From a bacterium (lineage in GTDB: Bacteria; Hydrothermota; 32-111), in NCBI GenBank assembly GCA_050239825.1, contig JBFXGO010000026.1, positions 1 through 33,264 on the forward strand: 33,264 bases of DNA, given 5' to 3'. Of this stretch, positions 21,852-30,712 are shown in pieces (position 1 is the first letter of the stretch; each line of letters starts with the position of its first letter). Made by a program: the position numbers and the translations under genes. Below the pieces are notes generated by a model. The model saw only the letters and a list, made by a program, of their open reading frames with translations, did not search any database and was not told where the DNA came from.

Positions 21852-22141
21852 TTATCCTCCTTTATCAGCTTCGGCACGAGTATATAGCCGTCCTTCTGCC
21901 TTTTGGCATTCATCATCATCGTCTCCCTGTCAAAAGCCCTTTCAGGAGAGTCATTTTGAAGCAGGTTTAGATTCTTCTTAAAATACTCGCCCTCCTTCAC
22001 TTCATTCAGATTCACGGTATCCAGCGTCTTTTCAATGCTGTGAACAATCTCCTCAAGCTCGTTTAGGAATCTCTCGGCTTGTTCGTCTGTGAGATTTATA
22101 AAGGCCGTCTTCGCCAGCATGATTATTTTTTCTTTTTCCAT
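21848..22141 (-). CDS. gatC: Asp/Glu-tRNA amidotransferase subunit C
   Basis: 97 aa directly upstream of gatA; C-terminal NA..KDGYILVPK. Confidence 0.88.
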   Translation of the reverse strand: MEKEKIIMLAKTAFINLTDEQAERFLNELEEIVHSIEKTLDTVNLNEVKEGEYFKKNLNLLQNDSPERAFDRETMMMNAKRQKDGYILVPKLIKEDK

Positions 22142-22142
22142 A

Positions 22143-24338
22143 TTATATCCTTTTCATGTTTGCATACTGAAGAAATATTTTCTTTGTTTCTCCGTTGAGA
22201 AATGCCACTGTGGCTATTGTATCCTCTCCCGAACCTTTCATGCTCTTTATTACTCCGTTTCCGTAGAACGGATGGTTCACTCTGTCTCCGACATCAAAGA
22301 GATGTTCTCTCTTCACCTCGCTGCGCGCGGGCGTTGCATCTGCTTCATGCCTCCTCTGCAGAGGCCTGTAATACTCCGAATTCATTGCATCTGCAAGAAT
22401 CTTCTCCTCTCTGACATCTTTCACGCCCTCTGCATCAATCTCTCTTATGAACCGCGACATTATTGAGGCGGAACCCATGCCATACCTCTTTCTTGATGCG
22501 GCGGAAGTTATGCAGAGAGATTTTTTGGCGCGCGTCATAGCCACATACATCAATCTCCTCTCCTCCTCTATTCCGTTTGCCGTCTCAAAGGAATTAAAAT
22601 GCGGAAAGACACCCTCCTCAAGACCGGCTATAAAGACAGTTGAAAATTCAAGCCCTTTTGCATTATGGACTGTCATTATGAGCACAGAGTCGCTATCATC
22701 ATCCGCATCATCTATGTCCATATAGAGAGATATCATGTCAAGATAATCGGCTACTGATATCTCTTCGTTCTTTTCTGAAAATTCGCGCACCGAATTCACA
22801 AGTTCCTGGATGTTTTCCAGTTTTGATATCTTTTCAATCTCGTCGAGATTGGAGAATATCGATTGATAATCAGTAAGCTGCATGAGGCGCTCAACCGCCT
22901 CTGCCGCGCTCTCCTTTGACTTCTGAAGCTCCTCAATGAGATTTTTGAATTTCAAAAGTCCGTTCACCGCTTGTTTTGACAGTCTCTCTTTGTACTCGCC
23001 GCACCTCATCGCCGCTTCGGTCATTGAAATATTTTTTTCCTCGGCAAAAGTTTTTATCTCTTCAATTGCTTTATCCCCGAGCCCTCTTCTTGGAACATTT
23101 ATCACTCTGTTGAATGAAACCGAGTCCGCAGGATTTACAAGAAGAGATAGGTATGCAAGAACATCCTTTATCTCCTTGCGCTCAAAGAATTTTATGGATC
23201 CGACCACAGTGTAGTTTATGTTTCTCTTCCTGAACTGCTCTTCAAAAGGCCTCGATTGGGCATTTGTTCTGTACAGCACTGCGAATTCATTGAGAGAGAT
23301 GTTTTCTTCGCGCCTCTTTTTGTCTATTTCATTTGCTATGAAAGATGCCTCGCCTTTCTCGTCATCTGTTAAAACAACTCTCACATTCTCTCCGCCCTTC
23401 TTCTCGCACCAGAGGTTCTTTTCTTTTCTGTTTTCATTGTGGGATATAACCTTATTGGCGGCTGTGAGTATTATCTCTGTCGAACGGTAGTTCTGCTCAA
23501 GCTTTACAATATGGGTCTTCTTGAAATCATCGTCGAATTTGAGTATGTTGCCCACCTCTGCGCCTCTGAAACCGTATATCGACTGGTCATCGTCCCCCAC
23601 GACTGTTATATGATTGCTACCCGAGTATAGAAGCTTGAGCATAACATACTGCACATAGTTGGTATCCTGATATTCGTCGACAAGAATGTATTTGAATATT
23701 GTCTGAAGCTTCTCCCTGAAAAGAGGGTCGCTTTTGAGTATTGAGACTGTTTCAAGCAGAAGGTCGTCGAAATCAAACGCATTGTTTCTTTCAAGAAGCT
23801 CCTGATACTTCCTGTACACAAAGGCAATATTGGATTCCGTGACGCTTGTCACCTTAGAGGAAAAATCATGCGGGCTTATCATTGCATTCTTCATCTTGCT
23901 TATTGCTTTGCAGACCGATTTTGCATCAATCAGTTTTTCAAGCTCATTCTCCTCTATTATCTTTTTCACAAGATGTTTTGCATCATCGGAATCATATATG
24001 GAAAAATCCTGACTCTTTGATGTTTCCCGTCTGTGCTGTTTTATCATTCTGACGCACATGGAATGGAAGGTGCCCACCCACATACCCCTGATTGGGATGG
24101 ATGTGAGATTTTCCACTCTCTCCTTCATCTCATTTGCGGCTTTATTGGTGAATGTGACTGCAAAGATATTGTATGGAGAGATTCCGAGTTCCTTTATTAT
24201 GTATGCGATTTTATGAGTTAAAACCCTTGTCTTGCCTGAGCCTGCCCCTGCAAGCACGAGAAGCGGCGAATCAAAATAGAGAACCGCCTCATTCTGTTTG
24301 TCATTTAGATTTGAGAGTATCTGAATCTGAGAATTCAT
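22143..24338 (-). CDS. pcrA: ATP-dependent DNA helicase PcrA/UvrD
   Basis: AGAGSGKT, VDEYQDTN, GDDDQSIY, LEQNYRS, HNAKGLEF, EERRLMYVAMTRA, C-terminal Tudor-like GDRVNHPFYG. Confidence 0.95.
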   Translation of the reverse strand: MNSQIQILSNLNDKQNEAVLYFDSPLLVLAGAGSGKTRVLTHKIAYIIKELGISPYNIFAVTFTNKAANEMKERVENLTSIPIRGMWVGTFHSMCVRMIKQHRRETSKSQDFSIYDSDDAKHLVKKIIEENELEKLIDAKSVCKAISKMKNAMISPHDFSSKVTSVTESNIAFVYRKYQELLERNNAFDFDDLLLETVSILKSDPLFREKLQTIFKYILVDEYQDTNYVQYVMLKLLYSGSNHITVVGDDDQSIYGFRGAEVGNILKFDDDFKKTHIVKLEQNYRSTEIILTAANKVISHNENRKEKNLWCEKKGGENVRVVLTDDEKGEASFIANEIDKKRREENISLNEFAVLYRTNAQSRPFEEQFRKRNINYTVVGSIKFFERKEIKDVLAYLSLLVNPADSVSFNRVINVPRRGLGDKAIEEIKTFAEEKNISMTEAAMRCGEYKERLSKQAVNGLLKFKNLIEELQKSKESAAEAVERLMQLTDYQSIFSNLDEIEKISKLENIQELVNSVREFSEKNEEISVADYLDMISLYMDIDDADDDSDSVLIMTVHNAKGLEFSTVFIAGLEEGVFPHFNSFETANGIEEERRLMYVAMTRAKKSLCITSAASRKRYGMGSASIMSRFIREIDAEGVKDVREEKILADAMNSEYYRPLQRRHEADATPARSEVKREHLFDVGDRVNHPFYGNGVIKSMKGSGEDTIATVAFLNGETKKIFLQYANMKRI

Positions 24339-25300
24339 AGTTTGTAATAATTGTTAAACCATGAATTGAATTTTCTGACTCCTTCGGCGAACTCTGTCTT
24401 GGGCTTGTAGGAGAATGCCTTTTCAGCCCTGCTTATGTCGGCATAGGTCTTTACCATATCGCCCTTCTTTCTCTCCGCTGTCTCAAATGAGAAGTTCGGT
24501 AAATACTTTTTGATTTCTCTGACTGTGTCTTCGGTATCTATCGGATTGGAGGAGCCTATATTGAATATGTTGATTCCATTTGTATCAAGGAGATATTGAA
24601 AACCTTTTTTTATCCCCTGCACCCCGTCATCTATGAAAGTATAGTCCCTTGAAGTGTTCCTGTATATCACAGAGATTCTCTTGTTTATATGATTTAGGTA
24701 AAGCTTATGAAGAAGCAAATCGGGTCTCTGCCTCGGTCCGTAGAGAGTGAAAAGTCTCAGAACAAGTATGTCGAGACCCATCTGTTTTGCATAGAAAGCC
24801 GCCATAACCTCATCCTGCGCCTTTGTCATGCCATAAGGCGAAATCGGATTCATTGAGTATGACTCCTTAAAGGGCATTTTTTTGTTCTCTCCATAGACAG
24901 AGGATGAAGAGAGAAAGAGCACCTTCTTTATCTTCTGCTCCACAGCGAGCGAGAGTATATTCAAAGTGCCGTCAACATTGACTGAAAAATACTCCTTCTG
25001 GTGCTCGAATGACTGTTGCACTCCCGCCATTGCGGCGCAGTGGATAATTGCGTCCGGCTTGACCTCTAAAAGAATTTTCTTCATAAGGTAATAGTCCCTT
25101 ATATCGCAGTTGAAAACATTCTGCACTCTGTCTTTCTTCAGTATGGAGGAGTTCATATCAAGGTTGGTGAGTTTTTGTTTTATGTCGTAAAAAGGAATGA
25201 AGTTATCGGCTATATAAACATCATACTCTTTCTTCATTGAGTCGTAAACGGAGCTTCCTATAAAACCGGCGCCGCCTGTTATAAATACTTTTAACTTCAT
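24335..25300 (-). CDS. NAD-dependent epimerase/dehydratase (UDP-glucuronate 4-epimerase-like)
   Basis: TGGAGFIG, SSSSVYG, YGMTK, YGPRQRPD, RDYTFIDD. Confidence 0.88.
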   Translation of the reverse strand: MKLKVFITGGAGFIGSSVYDSMKKEYDVYIADNFIPFYDIKQKLTNLDMNSSILKKDRVQNVFNCDIRDYYLMKKILLEVKPDAIIHCAAMAGVQQSFEHQKEYFSVNVDGTLNILSLAVEQKIKKVLFLSSSSVYGENKKMPFKESYSMNPISPYGMTKAQDEVMAAFYAKQMGLDILVLRLFTLYGPRQRPDLLLHKLYLNHINKRISVIYRNTSRDYTFIDDGVQGIKKGFQYLLDTNGINIFNIGSSNPIDTEDTVREIKKYLPNFSFETAERKKGDMVKTYADISRAEKAFSYKPKTEFAEGVRKFNSWFNNYYKL

Positions 25301-25350
25301 ATCTTTTTATCTTATCAAATTATATAATTAAGTCAACATGGACAAAGAAG

Positions 25351-25395
25351 TGTCTTCCTGAACTCCTCTATTCTTTTCTCTACTGTGAAGGAACT
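25351..25395 (+). repeat. 45-nt REP-like element F, copy 1 (others at 26096-26140 minus, 30527-30571 plus)
   Basis: TGYC-NNNC-TGAAC-N21-GTGAA-GNNN-CT in all three copies. Confidence 0.7.
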
Positions 25396-25416
25396 GTCAA
25401 ATGAATTATTCGTTAG

Positions 25417-25439
25417 GGAGGGTTCTAAACCCTCCTTTT
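25417..25439 (+). repeat. REP-like or terminator-like hairpin
   Basis: GGAGGGTT-CTA-AACCCTCC followed by TTTT. Confidence 0.5.
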
Positions 25440-25522
25440 ATGTTTCGCACAGGTTATCTCTTCAGTGAAGCATTTATTAGCATCTTACTCATAACAAGCG
25501 ATATTGAACTATTGATACCCTT

Positions 25523-27340
25523 TGAGTAAATAACTTGCCTTTACAGTTCCGAGGAAAAATTCCAGTACAGTTAACACTCAATATACTGCTGATTAATATT
25601 TTGTCTTTACAATAATCTTCACAAAGTTCTGGTGCAACCCGTTCCTTTCTATCATGGACGCTCGCGTCCATTACACCCTCGCCAATGTGGGGACATTCCT
25701 TCGGTGTGTCCCCACTGCAACAGGCAATTAAATAACTTATTGATACACGAAAGCTTCAAGTCGGCGAGGACGCTCCGCGCAGACGCCCATCAAGTGGTTG
25801 ACCCCTCGCTACGCTATCCCATCTTGATAAAGCGGCGAAGCGGAGTGTGTGAGCCGACGCTACGCTATTCATCAGCCCCCAAACCAGCCTTGAGCCGTGT
25901 GCCGTGTGCCTTGAGCTTAATACGGGGAGTTGATTAATATTTATTCTTTTCAATAATCTTCACAAAGTTCTGGTGCAACCCGATACCTCTATCATGTGCG
26001 CTCGCACACATTACACCCGCGCCAATGCTTTGTGAAGATTTTGGGGACATTCCTTCGGTGTGTCCCCATAACAGGTTAATAATCAATAAACTGATAGACC
26101 CTTCACGATAGTCATAACTAAAGCATAGTTCAGGGTGACACTGCTGAATAATATTTTGTCTTTTCAATTCCGAATGAGAAGCCTGTCCACAGCGCTCGTC
26201 TTTTCAATGCTTCTCATGAGGACAATCAATTAAATAACTTATTGAGAGTGAAAGCTACAAGTCGGCGAGGACGCTCCGCGCAGACGCCCATCAAGTGGTT
26301 GACCCCTCGCTCCGCTTTCCCATCTTGATAAAGCGGCGAAGCGGAGTGTGTGAGCCGACGCTATGCCCGCGTTCAGCCCCCAAGTCAGCCCTGAGCCGTG
26401 TGCCATGTGCCTTGAGCTTAATACGGGAAGATGAGTAAATGATTTGCCTTTACAACTCCGAATGAGAAGCCTGTCCACAGCGCTCGTCTTTTCAATGCTT
26501 CTCATGAGGACAATCAATTAAATAACTTATTGAGAGTGAAAGCTTCAAGTCGGCGAGGACGCTCCGCGCAGACGCCCATCAAGTGGGCAACCCCTTGCTC
26601 CGCTATCCCATCTTGATAAAGCGGCGAAGCGGAGTGTGCGAGCCGACGCTACACCCGCGTTCAGCCCCCCAAGTCAGCCCTGAGCCGTGTGCCATGTGCC
26701 TTGAGCTTAATACGGGGAGCTGATTAATATTTATTCTTTTCAATAATCTTCACAAAGTTCTGGTGCAACCCGATACCTCTATCATGTGCGCTCGCACACA
26801 TTACACCCGCGCCAATGCTTTGGAAGATTCAGGCAATTAATTAACTTATTGATAATCGTAAGCTTCAAGTCGGCGAGGACGCTCCGCGCAGACGCCCATC
26901 AAGTGGTTGACCCCTCGCTACGCTATCCCATCTTGATAAAGCGGCGAAGCGGAGTGTGCGAGCCGACGCTATGCCCGCGTTCAGCCCCCTATATTTCTTG
27001 ATTAGCGACCAGTGATATTGGACTAGTGATAGCTTTTGATTAAGATTTTGTCTTTACAGTAATCTTCACAAAGTTCTGGTGCAACCCGATACCTCTATCA
27101 TGTGCGTTCGCGTCCATTACACCCTCGCCAATGTGGGGACATTCCTTCGGTGTGTCCCCACTGCAACAAGCAATTAATTAACTTATTGATAATCGTAAGC
27201 TACAAGTCAGCGAGGATGCTCCGCGCAGACGCCCATCAAGTGGGCGACCCCTTGCTCCGCTTTCCCATCTTGATAAAGCGGCGAAGCGGAGTGTGTGAGC
27301 CGACGCTACACCCGCGTGCAGCCCCCAAATATTTCTTGAT
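25523..27340. repeat. Non-coding modular array of palindromic repeats (modules A-F plus AT-rich linkers)
   Basis: C x5 (25760, 26261, 26549, 26869, 27206); A x4 (25614, 25955, 26745, 27061); B x3 (25688, 26042, 27134); D x3 (25891, 26392, 26681); E x2 (26174, 26462). Confidence 0.92.
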
Positions 27341-27407
27341 TATTAATTCATAATCTTGATGTTTAAAAATGCAGCTTTTTGAAACCACCGTCCCTTAGAA
27401 TTCTAAA

Positions 27408-27689
27408 TCAAATCCTCTCTTCAAGCATTTTATAAACTTCGCTCTTTTCCCTCTTTCCGATTATCAGGACAGTAATGCTTTTGTCGCCGTTTACTCTGTA
27501 AGCAAGCCGATAACCCCATTTCTTTAGTTTTATTTTAAAAATATTCTTCATTCCTCTCAAACGGTCTTTCTCAACAACAGGTCCTTTGAGTCTCTCTTCA
27601 AGCTTCTTTTTGAACTGCAGCTTAACTGAATTGTCTAGTTCCTTCCACTCCCTCAATGCCTTTTCGTCGAATCTGAGCTTATATTTCAT
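27408..27689 (-). CDS. Type II toxin, RelE/StbE family
   Basis: YKLRFDEKALREWKELD, FKIKL..GYRLAY, IIGKRE. Confidence 0.9.
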   Translation of the reverse strand: MKYKLRFDEKALREWKELDNSVKLQFKKKLEERLKGPVVEKDRLRGMKNIFKIKLKKWGYRLAYRVNGDKSITVLIIGKREKSEVYKMLEERI

Positions 27690-27930
27690 TTATATCAACT
27701 TCAACTTCCCTGTTCTTCTCTTTCAATCTCGCCTTAACTTCCCCGACGAACATCAGCTCATCGTATGCCTCAAGAAGTTTCTCATACTCGGAAGGAGGAA
27801 CAATATACGCAACCGGATTATTGTGATTCAAAACAGCTACAGCATTGTTGCCGGATTTATTTATTACGGATGATGGGTTCCTCTTCAAATCACTCACCGA
27901 AACGGCATATTTTGCATGAATCTCTTTCAT
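27679..27930 (-). CDS. Type II antitoxin, Phd/YefM (StbD-like)
   Basis: SVSDLKRNP..AVAVLNHNNPVAYIVP..YE; overlaps toxin start. Confidence 0.9.
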   Translation of the reverse strand: MKEIHAKYAVSVSDLKRNPSSVINKSGNNAVAVLNHNNPVAYIVPPSEYEKLLEAYDELMFVGEVKARLKEKNREVEVDINEI

Positions 27931-27993
27931 TTTGTCTCCTTATTTGTCTCTTTATTTATCTCTTAATATAGCACAATCTATTCACTCTGTCAA
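27931..27993 (-). promoter_or_regulatory. Promoter and candidate operator of the Phd/RelE operon
   Basis: TTGACA-N17-TATATT (27993-27965); three tandem 12-mers TTTGTCTCCTTA/TTTGTCTCTTTA/TTTATCTCTTAA (27931-27966). Confidence 0.7.
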
Positions 27994-28087
27994 TCTCCCT
28001 CTTTGGATTATTGTCGGTAACTGCGAGCACTCCGCGCCAATCTCTTTACTTCTATCGCTCTTTTTCTTCTCTTTGGATAATGGATCG

Positions 28088-28375
28088 GTGACCAGTGACC
28101 AGTGATGTTTTTTCCCGCAACCCGTAACTCTCTTTTGTCTTTTGTCTTTTGTCTTTTTCTCGCCCATGGCACACGGTTCATGGCGTCTTCTCAACTCTCA
28201 ACTATCAACTATAAACTATTAACTTTCTTTTCTTGCCCCCGGCTCTCGGCCCACGGCACCCGGCGTCTTGTTGACTCTCAACTCTCAACCATCAACTATT
28301 AACTATTAACTTTTTTACCAGCGTACTAGCTTACTATTTTACTCTTTGATTTCTCGCCCACAGCACCCGGCGTCT
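28088..28375. repeat. Patchwork of degenerate heptamer tandem repeats
   Basis: (GTGACCA)2, (CCGYAAC)2, (TCTTTTG)3, TCTCAAC/TATCAAC/TATTAAC tracts at 28189-28223 and 28269-28310. Confidence 0.85.
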
Positions 28376-28452
28376 TCTCTGTCTCGCTTAAAAGTATTGC
28401 CAAAACCTATCGTCCCCGCCATTTTTATCGATCCTACATTATGTGTGATTTT

Positions 28453-29598
28453 TCATGTCAAACTTTTTTCAAAAATATCTAAATACCTTCTATAAACATA
28501 CACCTTGTTATATTTAACTTTATCATCCTTTATTTCTAAAATTCCGGCTGAAACAAATCGGTCTATAAGTTTTTGCGTGCCCGCTCGAGTATTAAATCCA
28601 GCCCAACTTTTAACAATCGCGACAGTGACAATCGGCTGCACAAAAAGTTTTGGCAATATAAGCATTGCGCTTTCAGATGATGTTTTGTTCATTTTGCTGA
28701 TTTTAGCAATATCCTGCTCCCGCAGTTGGGTTATTTTTTTGGCTGTTTCAATAGCCGATTCAGCAGTTTCGATTATTCCATCAAGAAAAAACTCAATCCA
28801 TTTTTCCTCTCTTCCTTCCCTATAATCTGTTAACCGCTGATAATAAACTTTTTTATACTTTTTAAAATAAGAAGAAAGGTATAAAACCAATTTTTCCAAC
28901 AAGCCCTCTTTCCAAAGATAAAAAGCGATAAGCATACGACCTGTTCTTCCATTGCCATCCAAAAACGGATGAATGGTTTCAAATTGCGCATGAATAATAG
29001 CAGTTTTGACTAATGGCGGAATCGCATCTTCTGAGTGAAGAAATTTCTCAAAATCTCCAAGCGCAGTCATCATAGCATCCACCGGAGGAGGAACGAACTC
29101 GGCATCACTCGGACTTTTTCCATTAATCCAATTCTGGCTCCTGCGGAAGTTTCCGGGATCTGAAAAATGACTGGCTCTTGCGCCTTTCATCAGTTTTTGG
29201 TGTATTTCGCGAATAAAGCGAAGAGACAAAGGAAATTCTTTCAATCTATCTAATCCATAATCAAGCGCCTTTATATAATGCAAGATATCATCAACATCTG
29301 ATGACTTTTTGTTTTCAATTTTCACCACTGCTTCTATTGCATCAGTCATACTTGCTTTTGTTCCTTCTATTTGACTGGAGGCAGTAGCGTCTTTGCGAAC
29401 ATACATATAAATAAAGAAATTCACATCAGGAAGTAATTGCGTGATTCCGTCCAGTTTACCCAATAACCTTGACGCTTGAGCATCTTTTTTAACAATTGGC
29501 GAAGCAAGCGTATAAAGTCCTTTGTCAGGAAAAGGATCAGGAATAAAGGCATTAAATCCATTCGGTTGTTTTATATTTTTACCGATCATATTAAACAA
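28453..29598 (-). CDS. Fic family protein (start may be 29589)
   Basis: Canonical HPFLDGNGRTGR; N-terminal SSQIEG inhibitory motif; wHTH-like C-terminus. Confidence 0.93.
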   Translation of the reverse strand: MFNMIGKNIKQPNGFNAFIPDPFPDKGLYTLASPIVKKDAQASRLLGKLDGITQLLPDVNFFIYMYVRKDATASSQIEGTKASMTDAIEAVVKIENKKSSDVDDILHYIKALDYGLDRLKEFPLSLRFIREIHQKLMKGARASHFSDPGNFRRSQNWINGKSPSDAEFVPPPVDAMMTALGDFEKFLHSEDAIPPLVKTAIIHAQFETIHPFLDGNGRTGRMLIAFYLWKEGLLEKLVLYLSSYFKKYKKVYYQRLTDYREGREEKWIEFFLDGIIETAESAIETAKKITQLREQDIAKISKMNKTSSESAMLILPKLFVQPIVTVAIVKSWAGFNTRAGTQKLIDRFVSAGILEIKDDKVKYNKVYVYRRYLDIFEKSLT

Positions 29599-29624
29599 TA
29601 TATAAGCGCATAATCAATGTTTAC

Positions 29625-29653
29625 AGTTTACACCAAACAGCATACATTGTCAA
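29625..29653 (-). promoter_or_regulatory. Candidate promoter of fic
   Basis: TTGACA-N17-TAAACT. Confidence 0.5.
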
Positions 29654-29835
29654 TGCCAATGTTCACTATTTTATAGAAACTTTCCTGAAACGGTGTCCGT
29701 ATCATTTACGCTCTCTGTCAGTATTTCCTCTGTCTTTAAATCTGTCCCTTTTTGTTATTATATCCCAGTATAATCTAAAATAAATATGAAGAATGCATTT
29801 TTACAGGCATTGTCCCTTAGAGAAGCTTTCTGCTC

Positions 29836-29872
29836 TTGACTTTTATAGAGCGTTGTATTACAATGTCTTACA
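29836..29872 (+). promoter_or_regulatory. Promoter and operator of the RHH/PIN operon
   Basis: TTGACT-N17-TACAAT; palindrome TTGTA-T-TACAA over the -10 plus a second site TGTCTTACA. Confidence 0.72.
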
Positions 29873-29882
29873 GGAGGCAATG

Positions 29883-30101
29883 ATGAACAAAACAATTACA
29901 GTGCGTCTCGATGATGAGACATCTAAAAGACTGAAGGAAATACAGAGTACCGATAAAAAAACTCTCAGCGAGATAGTGCGTGACTCCATAGAGAGCTATC
30001 TCATGATACAAAAGTTCAGAATTCTGAGGAAGAAGACTCTCCCCTATGCTGAAAAAGCAGGGCTTCTTACTGACGAAGACATCTTTGAAGCATCAAGATG
30101 A
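29883..30101 (+). CDS. CopG/ribbon-helix-helix antitoxin
   Basis: TITVRLD..L..LSEIVRDSI; C-terminal GLLTDEDIF; SD AGGAGG 5 nt before ATG 29883. Confidence 0.85.
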   Translation: MNKTITVRLDDETSKRLKEIQSTDKKTLSEIVRDSIESYLMIQKFRILRKKTLPYAEKAGLLTDEDIFEASR

Positions 30102-30496
30102 AAATAGTCCTTGACAGCAATGTCATAGTCTCCGCATTTGCTTCAAGAGGTTTGTGCTCATCCCTCTTTGAAGTTCTTATAGCAAAAGAGCAGGTAATCA
30201 CCAGTGAGCATATTCTTTCCGAAGTATCAAGAGTATTGAGAAGCAAAATAAAACTGCCTGAGAAGAATACCCGGGAGATAATTGATTTTCTTGGGGAAAC
30301 AACCGAAGTTACAGCTTACGGGAAAATGATTCAATGTGTAAGCAGGGATAAGGACGACGATGAAATGATTGCGCTCGCAGTTGCAAGCAAATCAAAATTG
30401 ATTATAACCGGAGACAAAGACCTTCTGGTTCTTAAAAAGCACAAAAACATTCGTATTCTTTCGCCAAAGCAATACTGGCTTCTCTTCCTCTCCTGA
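30098..30496 (+). CDS. PIN-domain toxin (VapC-like)
   Basis: MKIVLDSNVIVSA, RDKDD, IITGDKDLL; ATGA overlap with antitoxin. Confidence 0.92.
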   Translation: MKIVLDSNVIVSAFASRGLCSSLFEVLIAKEQVITSEHILSEVSRVLRSKIKLPEKNTREIIDFLGETTEVTAYGKMIQCVSRDKDDDEMIALAVASKSKLIITGDKDLLVLKKHKNIRILSPKQYWLLFLS

Positions 30497-30581
30497 CATC
30501 TTTCTTCTCCATTTTACTCTTTTGTTTGCCATTCTGAACGCATCTTATCACTGTTCTTGTGTGAAGAATCTATCAACCCAG

Positions 30582-30604
30582 TTGTCGCGAGCGAAGCGCG
30601 ACAA
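30582..30604. repeat. REP-like hairpin with GCGAAGC core
   Basis: TTGTCGCG-AGCGAAG-CGCGACAA. Confidence 0.6.
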
Positions 30605-30712
30605 TTTCTATGTCTCTCTTTGAACTTTTTCTCTTCTGATAATTTGTTGTGACTTCATTTCAACGGCTGTCCCCAAAATTCCAATTTTTCCACCCTCGCC
30701 GCCAATTCTTTT

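Noticed and set aside
25523..27340. CRISPR array
   Set aside because: Repeats are up to ~130 nt, the intervening segments are themselves repeated, spacing is irregular and no cas genes are present
25489..27353. Short similar ORFs in the array (e.g. 25632-25937, 26239-26517, 26786-27001, 27102-27353)
   Set aside because: They are translations of the palindromic repeats on both strands, with inconsistent starts and ends and no SD
27982..28302. ORFs 27982-28194 and 28102-28302
   Set aside because: They derive from low-complexity heptamer tracts
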